A DNA stretch of 64,000 bases, taken from contig SMSO01000031.1 in the NCBI GenBank assembly GCA_004764695.1, forward strand, positions 2,518,436-2,582,435. Reading direction: 5' to 3'. Under the pieces are notes generated by a model. It was given only the letters and a program-made list of their open reading frames with translations, was not told the origin of the DNA and did not search any database. Source of the DNA: Schizochytrium sp. TIO01 (Eukaryota > Protista > Bigyra: Labyrinthulomycetes). The position numbers and the translations under genes are program-made. Positions 23,759 to 34,626 of the stretch are shown piece by piece. Each line of letters starts with the position of its first letter. Position 1 is the first letter of the stretch.

Positions 23759-25446
23759 AGCGCTTAAGTTGCCTTAAAATGAAACTAGGTGCTTGCACGA
23801 AATACCTCGATTGGTTATCGTGACAGGAAATATGAACGTGATAACCTGGCGTGCCTCAAGAAGGACAGCGCTCAAGCGCAGGTGGCGCTCGTACGCGCTT
23901 GAGGTTGTCTGTGTCTAAATCCTAGCAAGGCTCCCGTACGAGAGGAGGCAGCTTCTCCAATAGGGTCTTGCTGGGTTTACTCTTCCTCCGCGCCTTACAA
24001 AGTCGCTTTCTCACAGAACCTCAAACTTAGTTATGTTTGTCTAAGGAGATTGCAGCCACTGACCAATAGACTGTGTTTGCTTGTTAAATTGCCTTGTCCG
24101 CTTCTCCACTGCTTTTCTCACGTTTAAAGAATCGAATCACCTCTACACTCTCTTATTTGCTGCAGACTTGCTGTTGCTGCTTGAGCAGACTTTGCACCAT
24201 TCACCCCTTTGCGCCGTACACTAGGCACTGCTCACACAACTTGCGTGAGAAAGCTTAAAAGTCCTTCAATAACTCTTGCTAACAAATAAGACCTCGATAT
24301 TTTATGAATGAGTTATATTCATTGGTCAATCCTATTTCACTGGCAAGGTCGAGATTAATATGGCAGTCCAAGTCCTATGGTTCTCGTGGCAGTACACACT
24401 TTCTCTCCCCTTTATTGATGTCCACTTTTTGAGAATGGACTACATGTCACCTAACTAGATCAGTCTTAGATAGTTGTCCGCGCCGACATTGCATATTGTT
24501 TTCACCACTTAATACGTCGGAACGCCATCAACGGCACGTGCAGCACCTCTCATGTACCTGCGCGGATGTCAATTACTCCTAATGTGGCTAGGACCCACAT
24601 AAGTCTAACTATTGAGGCGTGTACGTCCTTCCTTTCTTCCTTCTCACAAGCTACAGAGGTGTGCGCTGTAGCATTTTGAATTTAGGTCTAGGCTTAACCA
24701 TTTTGAAAGAGAAGGCCTGCTCGAAGCTATTGTGCCAAAAATAACATTGTAGCCGTGGGGCAAGTCAAAGATGGTCTCTTCTACTGAATCCTTCAAGAGC
24801 TAAGGTATAAACTATTATACCACGGTAGGCTGAACTAAGAAGCATAAATATGATGTTACATAGCACTGGACAGAAAGCTTTAACGAACAAACGCTCACAG
24901 CATAGATTCTTTACTCTAGGACGCCACCTTGAATGGTTGGGACATCCAGCAAATTCCAGAGCATATTTCGTTGGCCCAGAAATACTAGAAGTGTTGACAG
25001 TCTATGAATCGTTGGAATTGCCCCATTTTTTCAAATGTATTCAAAGACTGGTGTACAGGCAATCAAGTGGTTGAAAAACTCAAGAGGAAAGCCAGCCAAA
25101 ACCTCTTATTATATTATCAATACGAGTCCATAATGTAATTGGCAGCCACTCCGCTTTGCTCCCACTAACCCCCCCCCCAAAGAGGGAGAAATAAACTCTT
25201 TGTGAGAAGTCCAGCCTGGGAGTGATCGAACATAGTGTTTGCGAGTTCTGGTGTAAATGTATTGAACCTCTTCATTACAGGAGCAATTACTGAAGAACTC
25301 TTAGACAAAGGCCTAAAAAGGCTAAAAAAGCAAATAGCAAGCCAAGCACTATACAAAGTAAAAAATGCATGTGTCTTCTGAGAAAAAGTAATTTGAAATT
25401 TAAAAACCTAAGAAACCTTTAAAACTAAAAACTAGAGTAAAATATG

Positions 25447-28045
25447 TTATTTTTTCAATTGTGAGCGCTTTAAAAGTGCCTCTTTAGCCTTATAGAACGC
25501 AAGAATGTCTGCATCAGCCTCCTGATTTCCAGTCAGAGGAATTTCTGGTGGCTTACTTTCTGACATTGTTTTGAGGTGTGCTGCAGGGTTTCGAGACACT
25601 TTAGACACTGCAGGGGAGTTGTTGGATGAGAGCACATTTGACGATGCCCACGAGGTACGCTGATCAACAAAGTCTGCCTGCATGCTGTATTGCTGGGTAG
25701 CAGGCTTAGTATATGCCCTGCCATCATGGGGCAGTTGTTCGGTTATTTTTTTTCTTTCGTCTTCATGACGTTCTTGTTGTACGTGAGGCTCCGAGGTGGG
25801 CTTACTAAGGCCTTGCCGCAAAACTACGCCATACCATGTTTCAAAGTCCTTCTGTAATTTCATTCGACCGTTTTGCAGCATTGTTTGAATTCGTTCAATC
25901 TCTTTTTTCAAGTCTCGAAGTTCCTGAAAGCTCTGTTTGTATCCCACTTTGTGAGACTCAATCTCACTCATTCGTTGCATTTCTTCGGTATCTATTCCTT
26001 TTTCTTCAGCATCAGCCTTGGCTTCGCCTCCATCCACAACTGATTGTACTGCGCGTTGCGCGCGAATTTGTTCGATCTCGGATTTGAGACGATTAATCTC
26101 ACCGCGGGAAGCATTGACAGCTTCTCCTGTTTGCTTAGCAAGAGCATACTTTTCCTTCAGGAGACGCTTATTCTCATTAATGCCTTTGATATTGGGGTAG
26201 TGGCGCTTGAAATATTCGAGTGCACGTTCTTTGTCAGCAAGGACCTCAGATGGGGGCACCGGTGCACCAGGACCAGCTGGGCGACGTGTCACCATTGAAG
26301 GTGTTGATAGTGCTTCCACTTTGGATTCGTCTCGAGTCATTGCCATGTGTGTTGAGGTTGTGTTAAAACTAGAATGAGCTGGGCTCTGTCTTGCGTAGTC
26401 AACTTCCGGTGCGCCGTTTTCACCACTGTCGTCTCCCCGGCCTTGTTTAACCATGTTCACAAGAATGGCAATCTCATTGTTTCTTTGCTGGATCTGCTGC
26501 TTTAATTGTGCAATCTCTTCATCTTTAGCATTTAGTTGCTTACCATTTACCGCGTAAGATGTGCTTGATGAAGCATCTCCAGGCTCTCCACCCCGTGCTG
26601 CTAGCTCGCGTAGAATTTGAAAACATGCATGGATCCGTTCATATGTAAGTTCGCCAGGCTGAAGCTGGTCAAGACCTGAGCCCTCGCTACTTTTAGACTC
26701 AGGGTCTTGAGATCTTTGGCTTGCAACCCAGTCAGCAATGATTCCTCGGAGACGCTTCATTTCAAGCTGATCAATCCGTTCTCCTGACCCTGGGGCATTG
26801 GGGTCCCGCTCCCCCTTAAGAAATGCAACTTCTTCGCGAAGTGCAGCCACTTCAGCTTTTAGGCGTTTAATCAGCATTGCTGGATCAACTTCTTCGTTAA
26901 CGAGAGCATCGTTCTGTACTAGAGCGACTCGTTGGGCGAAGCGACATGTTGAAATACTTTCTTCCGTGTTAGATTTCTCTGCAGAGATTGTTGCAACCAT
27001 GGTTGTCTTACAATTACCACCAAGGCTGTCCCGCAATACGTTAGTCATCATTGAATTGCGATATGGAATATGTTGGCGGCCACGAGTTGATCTTTCGTGG
27101 AGAGCGACAATAACCATTTCTAGAAAATGGAGTGAACTGTTGATATGTTTCGCCTCTCGCAAAAGCTGCCCGCTAGAGTTGGTTTTATGAACGCGTTCTG
27201 AACCGGCAAGATCAACAAGGTGAAGCTTTGAGCGGCGAATGACGTCGGATCCAGCTTGTCGCATCTCCAGGGAAATGGTAAAAATACAATGAGAACGAGA
27301 GGATGCTAAATTCATCGGGGTTTCACTAATTGCGCGATTAGTGTCTCCAAGAAAGAGCAGGTTCAAGGCGTCCTCTTCAGAATTGGCTACATGCATCGAA
27401 AGATTCTTCAAGTGAACATTTCCATCTTCATCCTCCATCATGCTAACTTTGGGCAAGTCTTCCAGACCTTTGTACTCATGCGATGGGTCAAGAAGATCAT
27501 AACCAACATCATTATAAATCTCCAAGTATGATATGTGCGTAGTAATCTGTACATCGCTGCGCTTTTCTACCTCTTCAAAAACAAGAGACAAAGCACGGGG
27601 GATAATACCTCGATCGATATATCTTTCTGCACCCCCAGTCATGGTAAATGTTTTACCTGAACCAGTTTGACCGTATGCGAAAACTGTCGCATTGAAGCCT
27701 TCCATAGCGCTCAAAGCAGCCTCCTAATAAAGTTATAGTTTTATGCACTGCATGTTAGTAAACCAAAACTTTTCAAAAATTAGGTCATCGTTGTCTCGGT
27801 TTAGCACTTACCTTCGCTACCCGGTCAAAGACTTCATCTTGCTTTGCATCTTGATGAATGATACCATTAAACTTGAACTTGTATGCTGTTTTAGCGTTGT
27901 TGCTGTGAGTTAAAGCAACCTCATGAGGGATATCCACATCTACGCGATTGGGCTCCTCCGCATCGAACTGGAAAAAACCACTTGGGCGTTTCGTAGGACG
28001 AACACGAAGGTAAACCTTTATCCCATTCCCAGGAGCAGAGGGCAT
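25447..28045 (-). CDS. KIF6: Kinesin-9 family motor, KIF6-like; exons 28045-27812 and 27723-25447
   Basis: Exon 1 MPSAPGNGIKVYLRVRP...DEVFDRVAK; phase-0 GTAAGT..TTAG intron 27811-27724; then YGQTGSGKT, SSRSH, LVDLAGSE, HIPYRNS. C-terminal LTGNQEADADILAFYKAKE resembles the KIF6 tail. Confidence 0.9.
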
Positions 28046-28736
28046 TGCGTTCCCCTCACCACTGTGCACTCAGCAGAAGCTTGCCTACTGCCTTCGTGCT
28101 AGAAGGCTGCCGATTTGGCGTACGCACACGCCTTTTCTTCAATTGAAAACTCAATTCTATAGAGCAGTCAGTACGTAGCTTTCCAAGACCTTCAAATCAT
28201 ATAATGAGCTGTCGCAACGCCTCAGCAGCAACACTACAGCTCGTCTCAGGTTTGATGTAGTAGATTATTATCTAGGGATGGGAGAGAGAGGGATGAGCAC
28301 CAGTGGAGTGAGGTATGTGTTGTTGCTGGCCCTGGCCCACAAACCCTGGATGCAAAGCAAAAATAGCTTTCATTATTCTAAAACTAACTCATCAGCCGCT
28401 TCGCGACGCACACAACGGCTTAGTGCGGAACCCATTATGCAAGTTCTCATGTTAGTGTTTTCTATAAATAGTCCTACGAGTATTTCTAGTGCTACTAGGG
28501 ACTGCCTTATTATTTCTTATCTAGGACAAGACTTAAAATCACAGCCTGTGTGCAATACAGAGAAGATTTAGAAAGAATGGTCATGAATGATTCAGAGAAG
28601 AGCAAGAGAATAAATTAATCTCTACAAACCTCGGAGAAATTCCATACATACAGATAACCACTTTTCACATCTTTACCTGTACCTTAAGGTAGCGAAGAAC
28701 TTCTTTGCGAGAGACGAGTTCCTTGGAGAGCATACA

Positions 28737-30233
28737 ATGGAGGATCAAAGTGTATCAAGCGCAAGTATTGTAGGTGGTGAATATTGTGGGGGGGATGTCC
28801 ATGGAAACCAATGTGCTCGCGAGCTTGTGAAAAATCCATGGGGAGCTGAAGGATGGGTTTGTAGCCAATGCCAAACACATTTTCGAGGCCAGGCTCATAC
28901 ATGCTTTCGATGTGAAACAGCTATTTGCAAACAATGCTGGGTAAAATGTCAGCAGGCTTCAACTTCTATTTTCACAAATGATTCGGGAGAGGCTCTGGCC
29001 ACAACCCGTACGACTGATCTGATTTCTGATGGAAAATCCACAAGTCAAATAAATAAATACTACAATTCTCAAGCAATGAATAGTAAGGGTACCTCGGTGA
29101 CCGACAATGATACTCTTGAGGAGTCTCCTGCTATCCTCAGGAGAACATTAACAGCAAGAACAACATCAGAAACACCGGCTACTGTTCATTTGGGGAATAT
29201 TGATCAAAGCTTCCTCTCCTCCAACAGTTCATCCCGAACTTTACACACGGTAACACTCAATGAAGACGAGGAGAGCCCATCTGATGATAATGTTGATTTC
29301 GCAGTGCTGGCATTTGGTGGTCATCTCACCAATAGAAAACCATCCGGGAGTCAAAGTGCTCGAGCACCTCTTTCTTCACCACAGTTCGAAATAAATCATC
29401 CAAGCTTGCAATCTGCAGTAACGATACCTACGACAGCTCGTAATTTCACCTCGTCAAGTATTTGTGACTCAGCACGGATCTCTGCAAGCAATTCTCCACG
29501 CCGAGGACCCTCCTTCACTTCGATTAAGCCCATTTCTCAGAGAACAGACTCAGGCTCATTTAAAAGCTCAAGATCTGATGCAAGTATTCTTCACGAGCAA
29601 GCCCAAGCTGGGTCTCCGAGTGCACATGCGAATGCCTCTTGTTCAAGTAGGTCCGTACAAGTGCGCTCTTTTTCGCCGGAGTTCACTAAAACAAATATTT
29701 ATGAGCGGGAAGAACACCAGGTTCAACAATCTGCATACAGAGAACTTCCGAGACCTCAAAAAGAACAGTTGGAAACATCTCGAAGAATTTTACAAGAAGG
29801 AGTAACATGGACGCATGGCGAAGCATGGAATGAAGAGAAAAAGCACGCCGACAATGCAATGGAGCAGGTGCCGTTACGTGTAAATATTGATTCATCACTG
29901 AGAGAACTTATGGGTTCAAAAGAATACAAAAAGGAAGCGTTCCCTCTACAGGCGACCTCTGAGCTAGAGCAAAGTCTTGCTGACTTTGTTGACCTTATTG
30001 AAAACGAACATGAAGGTTCGTATGTGGTAAGTCGAGCTGAGGCACAGGCTGCATGGAAGCAGGTTGTGGTTGCACGACGAAAGACGCAAAGTGGCCGGCG
30101 AGATAAAATTTTAGATGCTATGCTGACTGTTGCAGAATACAAATTGAACGCAGAACGTACGGCACGGCGTAAAGTTGAGCGTGAGCTCAAACTAGCACGA
30201 GAACAATTAACTAAGGCTCTTACGATAGGTTAA
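28737..30233 (+). CDS. Hypothetical protein with an N-terminal Cys-rich zinc finger (ZZ/C1-like) and a C-terminal coiled coil
   Basis: WVCSQC..F....HTCFRC...ICKQC; Ser/Thr-rich middle; 498-aa ORF. Confidence 0.8.
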   Translation: MEDQSVSSASIVGGEYCGGDVHGNQCARELVKNPWGAEGWVCSQCQTHFRGQAHTCFRCETAICKQCWVKCQQASTSIFTNDSGEALATTRTTDLISDGKSTSQINKYYNSQAMNSKGTSVTDNDTLEESPAILRRTLTARTTSETPATVHLGNIDQSFLSSNSSSRTLHTVTLNEDEESPSDDNVDFAVLAFGGHLTNRKPSGSQSARAPLSSPQFEINHPSLQSAVTIPTTARNFTSSSICDSARISASNSPRRGPSFTSIKPISQRTDSGSFKSSRSDASILHEQAQAGSPSAHANASCSSRSVQVRSFSPEFTKTNIYEREEHQVQQSAYRELPRPQKEQLETSRRILQEGVTWTHGEAWNEEKKHADNAMEQVPLRVNIDSSLRELMGSKEYKKEAFPLQATSELEQSLADFVDLIENEHEGSYVVSRAEAQAAWKQVVVARRKTQSGRRDKILDAMLTVAEYKLNAERTARRKVERELKLAREQLTKALTIG

Positions 30234-32133
30234 AATTGAACCCCAAATTTGACGGCAGCTTGGCTTCATGATACTTTTTAATGGCAGTCTTGGTAAGTGC
30301 ATTGATTCCAAAAGCGCTGAGGACAGCCCATGTGAAAAGGACAGCAAACCACGTCAGAGCAACTGCTCTGTTGTGAATCTCTCGTTGATGTTCTTGCGAC
30401 TGGGTTAAGTTCGATTCAAGAGTCGAGTTTACAGCGCAAAGCCCTTCATAGGTGCTAAAGTCACCTGGTTTTGTTCTCGAGACGACAGTGATTGTCGCTG
30501 TAAGAATGAGAACGAGCCAGGGAAAAGTGCAACACTGTGCGCCTATCTGGGTCCAGGAAACCATGCAGTATGTATCAAAGCGACGACGCCGGCCGAGGTG
30601 GATGGCAAACTCCGTGGGATCAATATAGAGATTCGGACAGCGATTCGTACAACATTGAATAGAGCGAACACAATTACACTTTGCAAACGGACGAAAAACA
30701 AATTGATTTTCAGGATCTGCATGGAAAGCAAGGGGTTCCTCAAATTGGATAGGATCAACTTCCCCTTCATCCTCGTCTTCGCTATCAATATCAGCCATGG
30801 CTCGAGAGTCACGGCGTTTGGAAAACCGGCGAGACAATTTAGAACTTGAAAAACGTCGTTCAAATGCTGAAGAATCGCGTGGTTCGCTTAAGGTAGCTGT
30901 CATGCCCGGGCTTACAAGGGGGCTATGATCGCTCGAGGTAGCCCTAATATCTTGGGACGGTGCGGTTGTTAGTGTATGTAAAGGCTCAGGCATTTCTACG
31001 TGGGTTTCATAATCGTTTGAAACATTGTGATTTCCATTCAAACTTGTACTTTGGATGCTTTTATCACTATTGTGCTGCGTTTCTTGGCTGTTCTGATGAA
31101 ACAGTTGCGTTGCTGATGACTTCGTACTTGCATCGCCAAAATTGTGTGAGGATTGGAGCCTCTCAATATCACTTTCAGCACCATCTTCATCATCCGTGAG
31201 GGTCGCATTGCTTGTCTGTCGACTGATAATCCGCATACCCAAGGGTTGATCATCAGTTTCCTCTGGCCTTCCACTCTCTGGCGAATGAACATCATTTAGG
31301 AGAACCAGCTCTACCTGTCCCTGCGTTGGGGAGTCCTGTTCGTGATCTGACATAGTTGGTGGTGTCTCGTATGGGGAGGCCTCGTCGCGAAGAGTATCAT
31401 GTTGATCAAACAAATTTTCTCTTTCTCGTTCATCCTCTGATGAGTTGGCACCACCCACCTGAACTCGCCACAATGACGACGCAGTGGACCCTGCGGTAGC
31501 CCGGCGTCGGGCACGAGTGCCCTGACGAGTATCCAATTTTTGATGGAATTGAGAGAATGCATGCTCACTAACTACTTCTCGTAGGCCACATGACATACAT
31601 GTAAGGAATGCGAACATAAAAGTACCACAGATACCAAGCAACAACATTGAAACCGTGAGTGCGATGCAATCTTCATCCCCAGTGCACCTGTCCTGCAATA
31701 AAGAGCACTCCAAGGCTTCGTTCACAGTGAAATTATTCATGAGAGATGATGCTGTAATGACAATTGCAAAATAAATAGCAGTCCAGATCAAGAAAAACGC
31801 CATAGCAAGCATATATCCAGCCTCAGATCGTAAACGCTTCAGTATAAAGCTCCGCTCCAGGCGTTGGCGCGTTGTCAGCTGTCCTCCAGATAATCTTGCC
31901 AAGCGCATGAGTAAATAAAGTATGTTATGTTCTAAATTACAGCATCTTTCAGGATCGCTGTCGAGGCGTTCCTTAGGCAAATGTGTCGATTCTTTCCTTT
32001 CCCTTGTGTCACAACCATCCTGTAAAAGTGACTCCGGTTCACAAATTTCTTGTCTATTTTCACCCAGTGTCGCTGCTGATTCTCGCAATGTGTTTTGCTG
32101 GGCAGGTGCCCCGTTTGCCCCTGATACCAACAT
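30220..32133 (-). CDS. Hypothetical membrane protein: two TM hairpins with Cys-containing loops, separated by a long disordered region
   Basis: Hydrophobic segments YMLAMAFFLIWTAIYFAIVI, IALTVSMLLLGICGTFMFAFL, FPWLVLILTATITVV and VALTWFAVLFTWAVLSAFGI; N-glycosylation sequons in the loops. First ATG at 32133; an upstream exon is possible. Confidence 0.78.
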   Translation of the reverse strand: MLVSGANGAPAQQNTLRESAATLGENRQEICEPESLLQDGCDTRERKESTHLPKERLDSDPERCCNLEHNILYLLMRLARLSGGQLTTRQRLERSFILKRLRSEAGYMLAMAFFLIWTAIYFAIVITASSLMNNFTVNEALECSLLQDRCTGDEDCIALTVSMLLLGICGTFMFAFLTCMSCGLREVVSEHAFSQFHQKLDTRQGTRARRRATAGSTASSLWRVQVGGANSSEDERERENLFDQHDTLRDEASPYETPPTMSDHEQDSPTQGQVELVLLNDVHSPESGRPEETDDQPLGMRIISRQTSNATLTDDEDGAESDIERLQSSHNFGDASTKSSATQLFHQNSQETQHNSDKSIQSTSLNGNHNVSNDYETHVEMPEPLHTLTTAPSQDIRATSSDHSPLVSPGMTATLSEPRDSSAFERRFSSSKLSRRFSKRRDSRAMADIDSEDEDEGEVDPIQFEEPLAFHADPENQFVFRPFAKCNCVRSIQCCTNRCPNLYIDPTEFAIHLGRRRRFDTYCMVSWTQIGAQCCTFPWLVLILTATITVVSRTKPGDFSTYEGLCAVNSTLESNLTQSQEHQREIHNRAVALTWFAVLFTWAVLSAFGINALTKTAIKKYHEAKLPSNLGFNFNLS

Positions 32134-34154
32134 TTCGATGCCACAAACCAAAACTGAAGAGGCCTAACCTTTGGCCAAATATAGCAAGAAATAGCAAGCA
32201 AACAAGCAGATCAAGCTATCTCTTTGTGAAAATTCGTGAAGTGTTGAAGCAGCTTGCTTCAAGGGAACCAGCAGCCGCTGGATCCACAAAGCAATGCAGT
32301 TAGCTGGCCGCACTTGGCTCCTGACCGTGCAGACCGTCAGAGCACGACTACTAAAACATATCTACGATGGCTCTTGCTGAGGGTTGTCTCGCTCCTTGCA
32401 TGACAGGGGAGCTTTCTTAGGCCTCTAGGGTTCAATAGTAGGTTACCTATGTTCGCTACATCCCGTGAATATGACGGGTGGGCCAACTAAGGGAGACATA
32501 GAAAAAAACCTCCTACAATAAGTACACAGGTAGGCACTCTAGCATAACTAAATGGAATTTCCTGTGCAAGGTTCACTTGTCTCCAGATAAGGAGGCCCTT
32601 GAGGAGCTTACTTAATGCTACGAAGACAAGCTTATGAGCTGTTTTTCAAATTTTTCCAATGAAGCAAAACTTCAACAAAGCTAATGTGCCGGGCAAGCTG
32701 AGTATAGTTCTTAAAAGAAAAAGAGAAGAAATGCTACATCTATTTACAACATATTGAATACTCACTCATGAATAGCAAATTTTGCAGCAAGTAAATGTAA
32801 TTAATTGGGTTAATGGATTTCATGTTCTCAAGTCGTCGCACGAGGTGGCAGGCTCGAGGTGGCAGGCTCAAGTAGCGAGACGCGCATCCTGAAATCCGCC
32901 CTCCTCCTCCCGCAACAGTAAGAGGTCTATATATTGGGAAATTTTGCGTGGCGCCGCGATCGGGATAGTAGTGGCTCTGCACACTCTTCTTCTTCTTCCC
33001 TGTTCGATTCTTTCCAAAGTAGGCTGCCGCTAGGTAGTAGGTAGCAGATTTTACTTCTCAATGCGAAACAAGGCGTACAAAGTTATTGAAAATTGCTGTA
33101 ATACTGGGCAGTAGATAGTACCCAGGCACCTACTATCTACTAGGACCTAGATAAGCACTCAAGGAGAGAGAAAGCGAATTCCAAGTGAGATCTAGTAGGT
33201 ACTAGGAGATTTGGGGCGGTGTGTGATGCACTTTACATACCAAGGCCTTCTTCTTTTCCGGGTTGTAGTGAATGTGCAGATGTTTTCATTTTCATAGCCT
33301 TCTCGCCCGCCTCGAATCTATTGATTTTGGTCATCGTATCTCCTTCCTGCGCACGAATCAAAGAGCTGCGAAGCCGAAATCAGGGCAAGAAGATCAAACT
33401 TTTCAAGATCAAAAGCAAGGCACTTTCTGTGTATGTTCAAGGAAGGCGGAGTACTCCTAGGGATAGGCGCTGTTGGGTCCTAGCCTTTGCGCAAAGCTAG
33501 TGTCCTTATCACTCTTACCGATTAGGAGTACCTACTACATGATTATATAAACGTAATAGTAGGAGTGGAGTAGGGCTTGCAATATTTTAAGTTGGCAAAC
33601 AAAAGAGGTGCTGGCAGTCCTGCTAATCTGGAGCGGGCGCCTTTTGCGGAGCTGCGTGCTGCGAATCGAGGGGGCCCTTACTGGGAGCACTGTTCTGAGA
33701 CTCTCCTTGGATTGCTACGGATCCAGGCTTGATCGCTGGCTAGCATTCCCGCCTAGTCAGTCCCTTCTTACTACGCAACGGAGCTTGTGCACGAGGCCGC
33801 TTTTACCTTCTCAAGAGGTAACTCTTCCCTATCTCGTCCAAGTTGGCACAGATACATATAGATCAGTACCTCGTTCGTTGCCAGGGCTCAAGCTTTTGGC
33901 AAGGCTATTGTATCACGGTTATTCGGTGGCAGTTGGGATTGTGCGAGAGTATCTCCGCGCCTCCCTCCTTGTTTGTCTGTTGTTAAATTGTTTGTTTGTT
34001 TGTTTGCTTGCTTTCTCAACGGGCTCATTCTGCGTCTATTCCAAATATTGTGCAAAACATCTGATTTTGTCAACAAGCTCGTGGTTAATTTCACCAGCTT
34101 GGGTTTTCAGAAAGGTGTCTAGCCCTGCTCTCAGGATCGTGTTGACTCGCAAAC

Positions 34155-34626
34155 ATGTGGGTTATTGATAGGGTTAAGCGCTTTATCTTCGTGTAAGTTC
34201 AAATTTTTGCTAAAGATTGACTGGTGCATGTCCGTTCTATATACATCTTCGATGCTTTATTTTTAATGCTATTGTAGCCAAGGTAACATGGAGTCAAGTA
34301 TGAAGTTCTCACAATTCATCTTCACGAAAAGTCTCGTGACCGTAAAACAAGAAAGAAAGTAGACTAACACAGCTCTGAATTGAACTCCTGCATGATTTTA
34401 ATATTACGAGCATTCTTTTAGATTCAGCATGTACACAGGATTGTCGATGGCTTCGTGGGGAGAGTTTATGGTCTTCACACCATTGCTCATTTTCATCTTC
34501 TTTTATTTGCCCGTGAGCGTGGCGATGCAAGTAATCAACCTCTGTATTGTTCTGTTCCAGTCACTTACTATGATGGGTTCCACTGAGCAAGTAGCGGCAG
34601 TAAATGATGGTGTCAAGGGTTTATGA
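34155..34626 (+). CDS. SPTSS: Serine palmitoyltransferase small regulatory subunit (ssSPT-like), 80 aa; exons 34155-34192 and 34422-34626
   Basis: ATG at 34155, donor GTAAGT at 34193, branch-like CTAAC at 34364, acceptor TTTTAG ending 34421. Spliced product MWVIDRVKRFIFVFSMYTGLSMASWGEFMVFTPLLIFIFFYL... aligns without gaps to the plant ssSPT pattern RKIYLYNVTFGLYMLDWWERYLF. Confidence 0.75.

Noticed and set aside
33608-34168. 186-aa plus-strand ORF
   Set aside because: GTG start, runs through (TTTG)n repeats, and overlaps the probable 5' UTR and intron of the ssSPT gene.
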